Positions 39,321 through 49,887 of a stretch of DNA of 64,000 nucleotides are shown here, in pieces. The stretch's first letter is position 1; each line of letters begins with the position of its first letter. This DNA is from Actinomycetota bacterium (GTDB lineage: Bacteria; Actinomycetota; Actinomycetes; S36-B12). The stretch covers positions 39,663 through 103,662 of the forward strand of contig JAUXVJ010000024.1 of NCBI GenBank assembly GCA_030684515.1. Reading direction: 5' to 3'. Both the position numbers and the translations under genes were made by a program. The notes below the pieces were generated by a model. The model worked only from the letters and a program-made list of their open reading frames with translations, had not been told where the DNA came from and made no database searches.

Positions 39321-40985
39321 TCACAGGTACTGGCCGGTATTGGCAACCGTAGCGATGGAACGACCGGCTTCGTTGCCCTTCTTACCCTGCACCAAGGTAC
39401 GGATGAAGACGATGCGCTCGCCCTTCTTGCCAGAGATTCGGGCCCAGTCATCCGGATTCGTCGTATTGGGAAGGTCCTCATTCTCACGGAACTCATCGAG
39501 GCAGGCATCAATGAGATGCTGCACACGGATGCCCTTCTCGCCAGTGTCGAGGAAGGCCTTGATCGAGGCCTTCTTGGCCCGAGCCACGATGTTCTCAATC
39601 ATGGCTCCGGAGTTGAAATCCTTGAAGTAGAGGATCTCCTTGTCGCCATTGGCGTAGGTGACCTCAAGGAAACGATTCTCGTCGGATTCGGCATAGATCA
39701 TTTCGACTGCGCGTTGGATCATCGCCGCACACGCAGCGGGGATATCGCCATCGTGCGCCGCCACATCTTCTGGGTGGATCGGCAGTTCTGGCACAAAGTA
39801 CTTGCTGAAGATCTCGCGCGCTGCTTCGGCGTCTGGCCGCGCAATCTTGATCTTCACGTCCAAGCGCCCCGGGCGCAGGATCGCTGGATCAATCATGTCC
39901 TCGCGATTGGAGGCGCCAATCACAATGACGTTCTCAAGCCTCTCCACGCCGTCAATCTCACTGAGCAATTGCGGCACGATGGTGTTCTCAACATCGCTGG
40001 ACACACCTGAACCACGGGTGCGGAACAGTGAGTCCATCTCGTCAAAGAACACGATGACCGGCATGCCCTCTGAGGCCTTTTCGCGAGCACGCTGGAAGAC
40101 CAGGCGGATATGTCGTTCTGTCTCACCCACGTACTTGTTGAGCAGTTCAGGACCCTTGATATTCAAGAAGAAGGAGCGACCCTCTTCCGTGCCATTGCGC
40201 TCGGCAACCTTCTTCGCAAGGGAATTGGCCACAGCTTTTGCGATGAGCGTCTTTCCACAACCGGGCGGGCCGTAGAGCAGGATTCCCTTGGGTGCTTTCA
40301 ATTGGTGCTCGGTGTATAGCTCTGCATGCAAGAAGGGCAACTCGACCGCATCCCGGATCGATTCGATCTGCTCCCCCAGGCCGCCAATATCCTCATAACG
40401 AATATCGGGCACTTCTTCGAGCACTAGCTCTTCGACTTCGGATTTGGGGACGCGCTCAGTGACGTAACCCGAGCGGGTGTCCAGCAGAAGTGAATCGCCA
40501 GCGCGAAGTTTGATCGTCAGCAAGGGCTCGGCCAGTCGTACGACCCGCTCATCATCTGATCGACCAACGACAAGGGCGCGAGTTCCATTGTCGATGAGTT
40601 CCTTCAGCATCACTATCTCGCCGACATCCTCAAAGTCGCGAACACCAATGATGGTCATCGAGTCGCTGAGCATGATTTCCTGACCCGGAACCAGTGTGCT
40701 CAGATCAATGCCAGGACCCACAGGCACGTGCATCTTCCTGCCGGCCGAGAGCACATCTGCGGTGTATTCATCAACAGCGCGCAGGAAGGTTCCGTAGCCG
40801 GCAGGCGGCATCGCGAGTCGATCAAGCTCACCCTTGAGATTGACGATCTGCTCGCGAGCTTCGCGCAGGGTGCTGATCAGTCTGGTGTTGTGATCCTTGT
40901 GCGCAATGAGATCACCTCGAAGGCGAGTCAGGGCAGATTCCAAAGCAATGACACGCTCGATTTCGGGCGTATTCGGGTCCGTCAT
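39321..40985 (-). CDS. arc: Proteasome-associated AAA ATPase ARC/Mpa
   Basis: 554 aa. N-terminal coiled coil, Walker A GPPGCGKT, and the C-terminal GQYL proteasome-docking motif. Confidence 0.92.
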   Translation of the reverse strand: MTDPNTPEIERVIALESALTRLRGDLIAHKDHNTRLISTLREAREQIVNLKGELDRLAMPPAGYGTFLRAVDEYTADVLSAGRKMHVPVGPGIDLSTLVPGQEIMLSDSMTIIGVRDFEDVGEIVMLKELIDNGTRALVVGRSDDERVVRLAEPLLTIKLRAGDSLLLDTRSGYVTERVPKSEVEELVLEEVPDIRYEDIGGLGEQIESIRDAVELPFLHAELYTEHQLKAPKGILLYGPPGCGKTLIAKAVANSLAKKVAERNGTEEGRSFFLNIKGPELLNKYVGETERHIRLVFQRAREKASEGMPVIVFFDEMDSLFRTRGSGVSSDVENTIVPQLLSEIDGVERLENVIVIGASNREDMIDPAILRPGRLDVKIKIARPDAEAAREIFSKYFVPELPIHPEDVAAHDGDIPAACAAMIQRAVEMIYAESDENRFLEVTYANGDKEILYFKDFNSGAMIENIVARAKKASIKAFLDTGEKGIRVQHLIDACLDEFRENEDLPNTTNPDDWARISGKKGERIVFIRTLVQGKKGNEAGRSIATVANTGQYL

Positions 40986-41009
40986 TGCCCCTCCTTCGCA
41001 TTGCTCGTC

Positions 41010-41930
41010 CTACGACTCTAACTCTTTGTCTGTTAATTCGGAGTTCGCGGCGTGTTGCGAACCTGGTCCGGTGTAGTCCTCGCCATAGGCGCCCGGCGCT
41101 GGACGGCGGCGCCGAGTTGGCAGCACCGCGCCGGGAGCAAGACGTCGTGCGGTGACAAGAAAGCCGGTGTGGCCATTCATTCGATGATCAGGGCGTACCG
41201 ATAGACCGTCCAAATGCCAAGTGCGCAACATCGACTCCTCGGCGCGCGGCTCTGTCCACACCCCAGCTACCCGCATGGTCTCCACGAGCTTGGAGAGTTG
41301 AGTCGTCGTCGCGACGTAGCCCACGAGGATTCCCCCCGGAGCCAGCGCCGATGCGACAGTGTCCAGGCACTCCCATGGCGCCAGCATGTCCAGCACCACT
41401 GCATCAAGATCGCGCTCCTGGAGGGCAAAGGTCAGATCTCCCAGAATGAGCGTCCACTGCTGCGGGCGGGCTCCAAACCACGTATCAACATTGGCCTCGG
41501 CGATGGCGGCAAACTCTTCACGCCGTTCATAGCTATAGACCATTCCGGCAGGCCCCACGGCCTTGAGCAACGAGCAGGTCAGCGCGCCAGAGCCAACCCC
41601 AGCCTCGGCAACTCGGTCACCAGGATGCAGATTCATCAGGCCCACAATTCGCGCTGCATCCTTGGGGTAGACCACGGTGGCGCCACGGGGCATGGAGAGC
41701 ACAAAGTCGTCCAGCAGGGGACGCAGCACCAAATATGGCGAGCCACCGGAGGCGTTCAGCACTGAGCCTGACTCCTGCCCGATGATGTCGTCATGCGGCA
41801 GACCCCCGCGATGACTGTGAAAAACCTTGCCCGGGGTCAATGTGATGGTGTGCAGCTTTCCCTTGGGATCGGTCAGTTGTGCGAGATCGCCTTCGCGGAA
41901 TGGTCCCTTGCGGTGCACTGCATTCGACAT
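41010..41930 (-). CDS. trmI: tRNA (adenine58-N1)-methyltransferase TrmI
   Basis: 306 aa. Gcd14-type SAM-binding motif VAEAGVGSGALT. Rv2118c synteny. Confidence 0.85.
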   Translation of the reverse strand: MSNAVHRKGPFREGDLAQLTDPKGKLHTITLTPGKVFHSHRGGLPHDDIIGQESGSVLNASGGSPYLVLRPLLDDFVLSMPRGATVVYPKDAARIVGLMNLHPGDRVAEAGVGSGALTCSLLKAVGPAGMVYSYERREEFAAIAEANVDTWFGARPQQWTLILGDLTFALQERDLDAVVLDMLAPWECLDTVASALAPGGILVGYVATTTQLSKLVETMRVAGVWTEPRAEESMLRTWHLDGLSVRPDHRMNGHTGFLVTARRLAPGAVLPTRRRRPAPGAYGEDYTGPGSQHAANSELTDKELES

Positions 41931-41962
41931 TCAAGCAAGCGTAGTCACCCCTGCGGCCTACA

Positions 41963-42847
41963 GTGGGCCGCGTGAGTCAGGCCTTCCCGCGTGCGTTGTC
42001 CCCTTCGCGAGCCAATGACTTTCAGACGTGCCCACTGCTGTTTCGATTGCGCAGCATCGATCGCATCCCTGAACTGCCTTCCGCAGCCGCAGTGCGCGGA
42101 ACTTTGGTGCACGAGGTTCTTGAGCGAATGTTCGACCTGCCGGCCAGCGGACGTTCCATTGACGCCACCAAGACCCTGGTTTCGCAGGCGTGGCTGCGTC
42201 TTGCCGCCGCTGACGAGCCCGCAGCACACGCACTTCTCGTCGATGCCAAGCTCGACCCCTCGACTGCAAGCCCCGATCACTACGCCGCGACCATGGTCAA
42301 GATGATCCAACCGCTGTTGGAGACCTACTTCACTCTGGAAGATCCTTCCCGACTTGAGCCTCACGCTCGCGAGGTCGCCATCTCAGTTGAGATAGCCGAG
42401 GGCTTCAGCATTCGCGGCTTCATCGATCGCGTCGACAAGGCCCCGGCCGGCCAGATTCGCATTGTTGATTACAAGACCGGGCAGGCGCCACGCGCCGGTT
42501 TTGAATCCAAGCCCATGTTTCAGATGCGCTTCTATGCCTTGGCTTGGTGGCGCCTGACCGGCGAGATTCCCGCGATGCTCCAGCTGCTCTATCTGGGGAG
42601 TAAAGAGGCCTTGCGATATGAGCCGGACGAACAGGATCTGCTCAATACCGAGCAGAAGATCCTGTCGATTCGAGCCCGCATCCAGTCAGCAGTCAACGAA
42701 GGCTTCGCACCAACACCATCAAAGCTGTGCTCGTGGTGCTCCTATCAACACCTGTGCCCGGCCTACGGTGGCACTCCACCTGAACTTCCCAGTCAGGACA
42801 CCTGGGAATCCATCGCCTTTGAAAGCGCCCAGGGCGAGGAGTCCTAG
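41963..42847 (+). CDS. RecB-family PD-(D/E)XK nuclease with C-terminal Cys cluster
   Basis: 294 aa. SPSRANDFQTCPLLFRLR, GFIDRVD...IVDYKTG, and C-terminal CSWCSYQHLC. Rv2119-like. Confidence 0.75.
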   Translation: MGRVSQAFPRALSPSRANDFQTCPLLFRLRSIDRIPELPSAAAVRGTLVHEVLERMFDLPASGRSIDATKTLVSQAWLRLAAADEPAAHALLVDAKLDPSTASPDHYAATMVKMIQPLLETYFTLEDPSRLEPHAREVAISVEIAEGFSIRGFIDRVDKAPAGQIRIVDYKTGQAPRAGFESKPMFQMRFYALAWWRLTGEIPAMLQLLYLGSKEALRYEPDEQDLLNTEQKILSIRARIQSAVNEGFAPTPSKLCSWCSYQHLCPAYGGTPPELPSQDTWESIAFESAQGEES

Positions 42848-43506
42848 TCCAGTAATTGCCAAAGACCCCGAAGGCTCATGCCTTCTAGGCTGGCGATCTG
42901 CGCGATACCAGCATCTGCCTCAATCTCAGCAATATGCGGAATCGCCACCACCCGACAGCCAGCGGCCAGTGCTGACTGCACGCCTGTCGGCGAATCCTCA
43001 AGTGCAAGGCAGTCCTTCGCCGCGAATCCGAGTCGCCGCGCAGCCTCTTGGTAGGGCTCTGGATGCGGCTTGGTGTGCTCTACCTCATCGCCACCAATAG
43101 TCAGGGTGAAGGCCTTTCGCCCCAGATCGTGGTCAATTGCCCATTCCACTGCGTCGATCAGGCGACGCCAAGAGGCCGTCACCAGCGCAGTCGGAATGCC
43201 AAGACTGAGCGTTTCGTCGACCAATGAGCGGGCGCCGGGTCGCCACTGGAGCGGGGTGGTTCGAAGGAGTTCCTCCATCGTGGACAACAGCATCTCCATC
43301 GCCTCGGCGGCGCTCATCGTCGAGGTCACTCGTGCCAACATGTAGTCGATCACGCGTTCAAGCGGACCGCCCAGGCACTCACGCTGATCAGCTTCGCTCC
43401 AGCTACCTCCGAGCGCTGCCATCACGATGTGCTCGGCCTCAAGCCAGAGATGCTCTGAGTCAATGAGCGTGCCATCCATATCGAAGAGCACGGCGCTTGG
43501 CATCAC
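42844..43506 (-). CDS. HAD-family hydrolase (phosphatase)
   Basis: 220 aa. DMDGTLIDSE motif I and EDSPTG motif. Confidence 0.8.
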   Translation of the reverse strand: MMPSAVLFDMDGTLIDSEHLWLEAEHIVMAALGGSWSEADQRECLGGPLERVIDYMLARVTSTMSAAEAMEMLLSTMEELLRTTPLQWRPGARSLVDETLSLGIPTALVTASWRRLIDAVEWAIDHDLGRKAFTLTIGGDEVEHTKPHPEPYQEAARRLGFAAKDCLALEDSPTGVQSALAAGCRVVAIPHIAEIEADAGIAQIASLEGMSLRGLWQLLD

Positions 43507-43685
43507 GTGTTGGAGAACCGGACCTCAGAGTGGTGCACGGTGCCCAATGCAAAACACGCCATCACTACTCTTGTGGAGAGGGCCTCAATAGGGCTTGCGT
43601 GCGACGAAGGAGCCATGATGACCAACTCTACTGACCAGCACTCTGGCCCTGGTCTGTTGCTGGTCACTCGGACGGGGGGCTGGCA

Positions 43686-44537
43686 ATGATTGAGTTCGAC
43701 GGTTTGCCCGAACTCAAGGAGCCCATTCTCCTTGCCGCGTTCGAAGGATGGAATGACGCCGGAGAGTCTGCCTCCTCAGCCATTGAATATCTTCGCGAAA
43801 TCTGGGATGCCCAACTTCTTGCCGAATTCGACTCCGAGGACTACTACGACTACCAGGTGAACAGGCCGCTGGTGTCGACCGATGAAGCCGGGGTGCGCCA
43901 GATTGCTTGGCCCGCGACTCGTGTGTACACCGCACAGATTCCCGGAGCCAAGCGCGATGTTGTTCTTGTCCAAGGCATTGAACCAAACATGCGTTGGCAG
44001 CAATTCGTACGGGAGATTCTCGGCCTGTGCGCTGAGTTGGATGTGCGACTGGTCGCAACCCTCGGCGCGATGCTCACTGACACGCCGCACACCCGGCCGG
44101 TACCAATTCACGGCACCAGCACGGATGCACAACTGCAGGCCGAACTTGGTGTTGAGACATCGACCTATGAAGGACCTACTGGAATTGTTGGAGTCCTCCA
44201 GCACGCCTGCGCCAACTTCGGCATACCGGCTGTTTCCCTGTGGGCCTCAGTTCCCCACTACGTGAGCCAGCCTCCCAACCCCAAGGCAACTCTTGCACTC
44301 ATCCAGAAGGTGGAGGACGTGCTGGACGTCTCCATCACTGTGACTGAGTTGATCGAGGATGCGCGGGCTTGGGAGATGGGCGTGGACGAACTGGCCTCCG
44401 AGGATGACGAGGTGGCCGAGTACGTGCGGCAGCTCGAGGAGGCTCGCGATGCTGCCGACCTTCCCGAAGCAAGCGGTGAGGCCATCGCTCGCGAATTCGA
44501 GCGCTACTTGCGTCGACGCGGTACCGATACTCGCTAG
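43686..44537 (+). CDS. PAC2 (proteasome assembly chaperone 2)-family protein
   Basis: 283 aa. PILLAAFEGWNDAGESAS, with an acidic C-terminal region. Rv2125-like. Confidence 0.75.
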   Translation: MIEFDGLPELKEPILLAAFEGWNDAGESASSAIEYLREIWDAQLLAEFDSEDYYDYQVNRPLVSTDEAGVRQIAWPATRVYTAQIPGAKRDVVLVQGIEPNMRWQQFVREILGLCAELDVRLVATLGAMLTDTPHTRPVPIHGTSTDAQLQAELGVETSTYEGPTGIVGVLQHACANFGIPAVSLWASVPHYVSQPPNPKATLALIQKVEDVLDVSITVTELIEDARAWEMGVDELASEDDEVAEYVRQLEEARDAADLPEASGEAIAREFERYLRRRGTDTR

Positions 44538-46165
44538 CGCAAGCTGAGATACCTCTGCATATCGGCCAAGGTTGCCGAGTCAATGGACTGGTCATCGGCT
44601 TTGCCGGCGACCAGCTCGTGCAAGATCCCCATGGCAACTTTCTTGCCCAGTTCAACTCCCCATTGATCAAATGAGTTGATGCCCCAAATGGCTCCTTGCA
44701 CAAAGACGCTGTGTTCATACAGTGCAATGAGCGCTCCCAGCGTGAATGGGTTCAGTTCGCGAGTCATGAACACAGTCGTGGGGCGATTGCCTGGCATCAC
44801 CTTGTGCGGGACCAACTCGTCAGCAGTTCCGTCTGCGGCAACCTCTTGCGCCGTTCGCCCCAGGGACAAGACAGATGCCTGCGCCAGAGCGTTGGCAACC
44901 AACATGTCCTGTTGAGTTCCCAAGTTTTTCGGAGACTGCGCGAAGACGATCAGATCGCAGGCAACTGTGCTGGTGCCCTGGTGCAGCATCTGATAGAAGG
45001 AATGCTGACCATTGGTACCGGGCTCCCCCCAGTAGATTCCGCCGGTGTTGTAGGACACCGAAGCCCCATCGCGACGCACACTCTTGCCGTTGCTCTCCAT
45101 CGTCAACTGCTGAAGATAGGCAGGGAATCGGGCAAGGTACTGGGAGTACGGCAGCACGGCTGTGGTGGGCACCGAGAGAAAGTCACGGTTCCACACAGAG
45201 ATCAACCCCATCATCAATGGCAGGTTCTGCGAAGTTGCGGCCGTACGGAAGTGCTCATCCATTGCATGGAAGCCACTCAGCAGGTCACTGAAATGCGCAG
45301 ACCCGATCGCGATCATCGTGGACAGGCCAATTGCACTGTCCATCGAATAGCGCCCGCCGACCCAGTCCCAGAAGCCGTACATATGACCCGTGTCGATACC
45401 GAACTTGGACACCTCGTCGGCATTGGTCGACACCGCTACGAAGTGCTTGGCAACCGCGGGATCACCAAGTTCAGCAACCAACCAGGCGCGAGCGGCGCTG
45501 GCGTTGGTCATGGTTTCAAGAGTGGTGAAAGTCTTGGAGGCCACGATGAACAAAGTGGTGTCCGGACGCAGAGGTGCGAGCACTTCGCCTATGTCACAAG
45601 GATCCACATTCGACACGAAATGACAGGTGATGCCCAGGTCGCGGTAGTGCTGCATAGCGATGTATGCCATCGCCGGGCCTAGATCTGAACCACCAATGCC
45701 GATGTTGACCACATCAGTAATGGCCTTGCCAGTAGCTCCGGTCCAAGTACCCGATCGAACTTCCTCCGCAAACTGACCCATGCGATCAAGCACCGCGTGC
45801 ACTTCGGCAACAACATCAACTCCGTCGACGACCAGCGTGGCGTCGCGCGGCAGACGCAATGCCGTGTGCAGGACAGCGCGGTCCTCGCTGGTGTTGATGT
45901 GCTTGCCGTCGAACATCGCATCGCGCAGTTCCAAGACGCCAACCTGCGAAGCCAATTCGTGCAGCGCACCAACGACATCCGAGTCCACGCGTTGGCGCGA
46001 GAAGTCACCGAAGATGCCAGCGGCCTCCAAGGTGTACTTCCTGGGTCGATCACTGTCGTCAACGATCAATTCACGAATTGTTCCGGCACCGACAGTGGTG
46101 CTCAGAGCTTCCAAACTCATCCAAGCCGAACAGGTGCGAGGATCGATCGCGGCTACTTTGTTCAT
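44534..46165 (-). CDS. pgi: Glucose-6-phosphate isomerase
   Basis: 543 aa. IGIGGSDLGP, and the ESNGK and GEPGTNGQHSFYQ motifs. Confidence 0.92.
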   Translation of the reverse strand: MNKVAAIDPRTCSAWMSLEALSTTVGAGTIRELIVDDSDRPRKYTLEAAGIFGDFSRQRVDSDVVGALHELASQVGVLELRDAMFDGKHINTSEDRAVLHTALRLPRDATLVVDGVDVVAEVHAVLDRMGQFAEEVRSGTWTGATGKAITDVVNIGIGGSDLGPAMAYIAMQHYRDLGITCHFVSNVDPCDIGEVLAPLRPDTTLFIVASKTFTTLETMTNASAARAWLVAELGDPAVAKHFVAVSTNADEVSKFGIDTGHMYGFWDWVGGRYSMDSAIGLSTMIAIGSAHFSDLLSGFHAMDEHFRTAATSQNLPLMMGLISVWNRDFLSVPTTAVLPYSQYLARFPAYLQQLTMESNGKSVRRDGASVSYNTGGIYWGEPGTNGQHSFYQMLHQGTSTVACDLIVFAQSPKNLGTQQDMLVANALAQASVLSLGRTAQEVAADGTADELVPHKVMPGNRPTTVFMTRELNPFTLGALIALYEHSVFVQGAIWGINSFDQWGVELGKKVAMGILHELVAGKADDQSIDSATLADMQRYLSLR

Positions 46166-46238
46166 GTGTGGAACCTTCCACTAACCTCATCGAAATACGA
46201 CCTCGGACAGACCGATGTCTAGTGGTTCAGGAGGCAAC

Positions 46239-47273
46239 ATGGCAACCTCACGCCCAGTAACCCTCGGCATGGTCGGACTCGGTCGGATGGGTGCAAATCT
46301 GGTGCGTCGTGCCATGCGCGACGGGCACTCATGTGTGGTGTTCGATCAATCACCAGAATCCGTTCAGACACTTGTAGCCGACGGTGCGACGGGGTCCAGT
46401 GATCTTGCTGATCTGGTCGCCAAGCTGCCAACGCCACGGACCGTCTGGGTGATGGTCCCCGCCGGAGCCATCACTGAGTCCGTCATCACTGAATTGATCG
46501 GTCTACTGGAGCCAGGCGATGCTTTGATCGACGGCGGTAACTCCTACTACCGCGATGACATTCACCATTCTCAGCGATGCGCAGAGAAGGGCATCGACTT
46601 CATAGATGTCGGCACTTCTGGCGGCGTCTATGGCCTCGAACGCGGTTATTGCCTGATGATCGGTGGCGCAGATGGAACCGTTGACCGGCTCTCAGGACTG
46701 TGGGACACCATCGCACCTGGCTTTGAATCGGCCGAGCGCACGCCCGGGCTCACTGGCGACCCGACACCGGCGGAGCGAGGCTGGCTGCACTGCGGACCCA
46801 GCGGCGCCGGCCACTTTGTGAAGATGGTGCACAACGGCATCGAGTATGGCTTGATGTCTGCCTATGCCGAAGGACTGAACATCCTCAAGCACGCGAATGC
46901 CGGCAAGGCATCGCGTGACGCTGATGCAGAGACGGCTCCCCTTTCAAATCCGGAGTACTACCAGTTCGATCTCGACATTCCGGCTATCGCCGAGGTCTGG
47001 AGACGTGGAAGCGTCGTTGGATCCTGGCTGCTGGATCTGACCGCACTCGCGTTGTCAAAGTCCTCTGAGCTTGAAGAGTTCAGCGGACGGGTGTCAGACA
47101 GCGGTGAGGGTCGATGGACGGCAATTGCAAGCATTGAGGAGGGCGTCCCTACCCCCGTGCTGACTGCTGCACTGCAGGAGCGCTTCTATTCTCAGAGTTC
47201 CGCGCTTTTTGGCGATCGAATCCTCAGTGCCATGCGTAAAGAATTCGGCGGACACGATGAGAAGAAGGCCTGA
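46239..47273 (+). CDS. gnd: 6-phosphogluconate dehydrogenase, decarboxylating (short Gnd/YqeC-like type)
   Basis: 344 aa from ATG 46239 with an AGGAGG SD. GMVGLGRMG Rossmann motif and HFVKMVHNGIEYG. Confidence 0.85.
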   Translation: MATSRPVTLGMVGLGRMGANLVRRAMRDGHSCVVFDQSPESVQTLVADGATGSSDLADLVAKLPTPRTVWVMVPAGAITESVITELIGLLEPGDALIDGGNSYYRDDIHHSQRCAEKGIDFIDVGTSGGVYGLERGYCLMIGGADGTVDRLSGLWDTIAPGFESAERTPGLTGDPTPAERGWLHCGPSGAGHFVKMVHNGIEYGLMSAYAEGLNILKHANAGKASRDADAETAPLSNPEYYQFDLDIPAIAEVWRRGSVVGSWLLDLTALALSKSSELEEFSGRVSDSGEGRWTAIASIEEGVPTPVLTAALQERFYSQSSALFGDRILSAMRKEFGGHDEKKA

Positions 47274-48500
47274 CTACAACTGAACGCCCAGCAATGCGTT
47301 CACAGTTGCACGCATCAAGGTCGGAGCGCTCGCATCCGTGCCAGTTCCAGCTGCAGACGACATGGCCCACGCGTCAATGGCGTCGATTGCTTCGGGTGTT
47401 CGAAGATCGTTGCTGAGATGTTCGCGCACTCGTTGGAGCACAGGAGCAAAGTCGTGCCCTTGAGCCTGATCGGCTGCTGCCCGCCACAATGCCAGACGAT
47501 CCTCGGCTCCGCTGAGCCCGTTCTCGGTCCAAGCCCAATCACTGCGGTAGTGATGCGCGAGCAAAGCCAGTCTCAGAGCCATCGGATCATGGCCCTGATG
47601 GCGCAACTGCGAGACGAAGACGAGATTGCCACGCGACTTGCTCATCTTGTGTCCCTGCCAGCCGACCATGCCGGCGTGCACGTAGTGCTGAGCGAACGGG
47701 GCCTGCCCAGTCAGCACTTGGGCCTCTGACGCTCCCATTTCATGGTGCGGGAACGCCAAGTCGCTGCCACCCCCCTGCACATCAATCATCGGTCCAAGAT
47801 GATCAAGGGCGATCGCAACGCATTCGATGTGCCAGCCGGGTCGTCCATGACCCAACTTGGTATTCCATGCCGGTTCATCTGGGCGGGCGTCCTGCCAGAC
47901 CAAACAGTCAAGCGGGTGCCGCTTCCCAGGCCGATCAGGATCGCCGCCACGTTCGGCGAAGATACTGAGCATCTCCTCATGGTCAAGATTCGTCACCGCA
48001 CCGAACAGCGGATCTGCGTAGACGGAGAAGTAGAGATCGTCATCGACTGCGTACACGCTGCCCTTTGCCTGCAGTGCGATGACGTGCTCAGCTACTGAAG
48101 GGATCGCTTCGACTGCACCGATGTACTCCCGGGGCGGAATCACATGAAGGCTGAACATGTCCTCTCGGAACAACGCCGTCTCACGTTCGGCGATCGCCTG
48201 CCAGTCCTCTCCGCGTTCGAGGGCTCTCTCAAGCAGTGGGTCGTCGATATCGGTGACGTTCTGGACGTAGTGCACCTCGTGGCCAGCATCCAGCCACATG
48301 CGATAGACCAAGTCGAATGCCACATACGTTGCCGCATGGCCCATGTGCGTGGCGTCGTACGGGGTGATGCCGCAGACATACATGCGCGCGACAGGGCCCG
48401 GAGTCGTGAGCCGGACCGCCTGGGCAGCTGTGTCGAACAGGCTGAGTGGGAGCCCTGTTCCTGGCAACTGTGAAATGAGGGGTTGCTGCCACGATTGCAC
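47274..48500 (-). CDS. mshC: L-cysteine:1D-myo-inositol 2-amino-2-deoxy-alpha-D-glucopyranoside ligase (mycothiol ligase)
   Basis: 408 aa CysRS paralogue. HMGHA (HIGH) and KMSKS motifs. Confidence 0.9.
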   Translation of the reverse strand: MQSWQQPLISQLPGTGLPLSLFDTAAQAVRLTTPGPVARMYVCGITPYDATHMGHAATYVAFDLVYRMWLDAGHEVHYVQNVTDIDDPLLERALERGEDWQAIAERETALFREDMFSLHVIPPREYIGAVEAIPSVAEHVIALQAKGSVYAVDDDLYFSVYADPLFGAVTNLDHEEMLSIFAERGGDPDRPGKRHPLDCLVWQDARPDEPAWNTKLGHGRPGWHIECVAIALDHLGPMIDVQGGGSDLAFPHHEMGASEAQVLTGQAPFAQHYVHAGMVGWQGHKMSKSRGNLVFVSQLRHQGHDPMALRLALLAHHYRSDWAWTENGLSGAEDRLALWRAAADQAQGHDFAPVLQRVREHLSNDLRTPEAIDAIDAWAMSSAAGTGTDASAPTLMRATVNALLGVQL

Positions 48501-48533
48501 TTGGTCACCTTAGCCAGTGCTTTTGATCCTGTC

Positions 48534-49316
48534 TCAGTAGAGGGGCCATGGGACAGCCGGCCAATACGTCGGAGGCTGCGGGAACTTTTTTGTCCGCAGG
48601 AGATCTCGAAATCGATCAGCGCAGGCATCGAGTTCATAGGGCAACAGCCATGGCGACAGCGCGCTTTCCAAACTGTCCCATTGTGCGAATGCCAGATCGA
48701 CATCCACGAGGTAGTCCTCAGGAACCCTCTGGCCCGACCAACCCCACAACACTGTGCGCAATTTGGGCTCATCATTGAACGTCAGGCCGTGATCAATCCC
48801 CCACAGTTTCTGCCGTTCGTCGATCAGCAGGTGGCCGGCCTTGCGATCAGCATTGTTCATGAGAATATCGAGCACAGCCATCTGTTGAAGATCGGCGCGA
48901 TCGGCATGCATGAGATGCACTGCATCTCCGTACTGACTTTCTCCTGTCAGCACATGGCGCCATCCCTCACGCACCACTTTGGACGAAACCACATCCACGA
49001 GGTCGTCCGCCTCGGCTTCATCGATCCACAGCTGACACATGCCAGCACCATGAGGCCCGTCGTCGCGCCAGACTGTGATCGGGATGAGATCCCAACCCAA
49101 CTGCAGATTCAGTTCATAGGCAGCTACCTCACGCGCAGCCAAGGTTCCTTCAGGAAAATCCCAGAGTGGGCGCTCGCCACGCACCGGCTTATACACGCAT
49201 TTCAGTTCTGAACCTGAGCCATAGGGAACTGTGCAGAACAAGGTCGCATTTGATGCACCTGCGAGGCGCCCATGAATTTCGAGCTCCCCCAGTGCGAGGC
49301 ATTCTGCGATGAGCAT
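48534..49316 (-). CDS. SCO1664-family protein (PI3/4-kinase-like fold, function unknown)
   Basis: 260 aa. GASNATLFCTV...YKPVRGERPLWDFP...NNADRKAGHLL...IDHGLTF. Conserved next to mshC. Confidence 0.7.
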   Translation of the reverse strand: MLIAECLALGELEIHGRLAGASNATLFCTVPYGSGSELKCVYKPVRGERPLWDFPEGTLAAREVAAYELNLQLGWDLIPITVWRDDGPHGAGMCQLWIDEAEADDLVDVVSSKVVREGWRHVLTGESQYGDAVHLMHADRADLQQMAVLDILMNNADRKAGHLLIDERQKLWGIDHGLTFNDEPKLRTVLWGWSGQRVPEDYLVDVDLAFAQWDSLESALSPWLLPYELDACADRFRDLLRTKKFPQPPTYWPAVPWPLY

Positions 49317-49852
49317 TAGGTCTGTCGCCGAAATCCGTTGGCTCGCGGACAGATATGTCCGTTGGGATCAAGCGGCTGACTGCAGAAGGGGCACGCGGGT
49401 CGCCCCGAGGCCACCATGGTGCGGGCCCTTTGCATAAATGCACGCACTTGATCGGCAGTGAGGCGCACACGCAGGGTGTCAACGCCTTCCTCGTCGTCTT
49501 CGCCCATTTCGGGCACCTCGTCCTCAGTGACCGCGTAGGCCTCAACGACCATCTTCTGGGACTCATCATCCCAGCCCAAAGCCATCGTGCCGACGCGAAA
49601 TTCCTCGAAGATCGGCAATTCAAGAGGCTTGTCGTCAATGACCGAGGGCATCGGCAGGTTCGTTCCGTGCAGGACGGAAAGGATCTGCTCCATTCGGTCC
49701 GCCAGCGCGGCCACCTGCTGCTTCTCCAGCACCACGCTCACCACACGGTTGCCTGTTCGTGCTTGAAGGAAGAAGGTGCGCTCCCCCGGCATTCCGACTG
49801 TTCCAACCACAAATCTCTCTGGATCGGCGAAGTCGAAGAGTTGGCGAGTCAC
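49316..49852 (-). CDS. DUF3090-domain protein
   Basis: 178 aa. FDFADPERFVVGTVGMPGERTFFLQA and a C-terminal CPFC...HICPRANG. Confidence 0.75.
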   Translation of the reverse strand: MTRQLFDFADPERFVVGTVGMPGERTFFLQARTGNRVVSVVLEKQQVAALADRMEQILSVLHGTNLPMPSVIDDKPLELPIFEEFRVGTMALGWDDESQKMVVEAYAVTEDEVPEMGEDDEEGVDTLRVRLTADQVRAFMQRARTMVASGRPACPFCSQPLDPNGHICPRANGFRRQT

Positions 49853-49887
49853 CGTTTGACCCTATCTGGCGCGCAACTGACCGTGCG

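Noticed and set aside
38685-40010. 441-aa ORF antisense to dop and arc
   Set aside because: It spans two strongly supported minus-strand genes and the intergenic gap between them. It has no motifs and is a high-GC antisense artefact. The same reasoning applies to 6776-7765, 10502-11473, 19342-20358, 34714-35535, 44696-45682 and 52917-53669.
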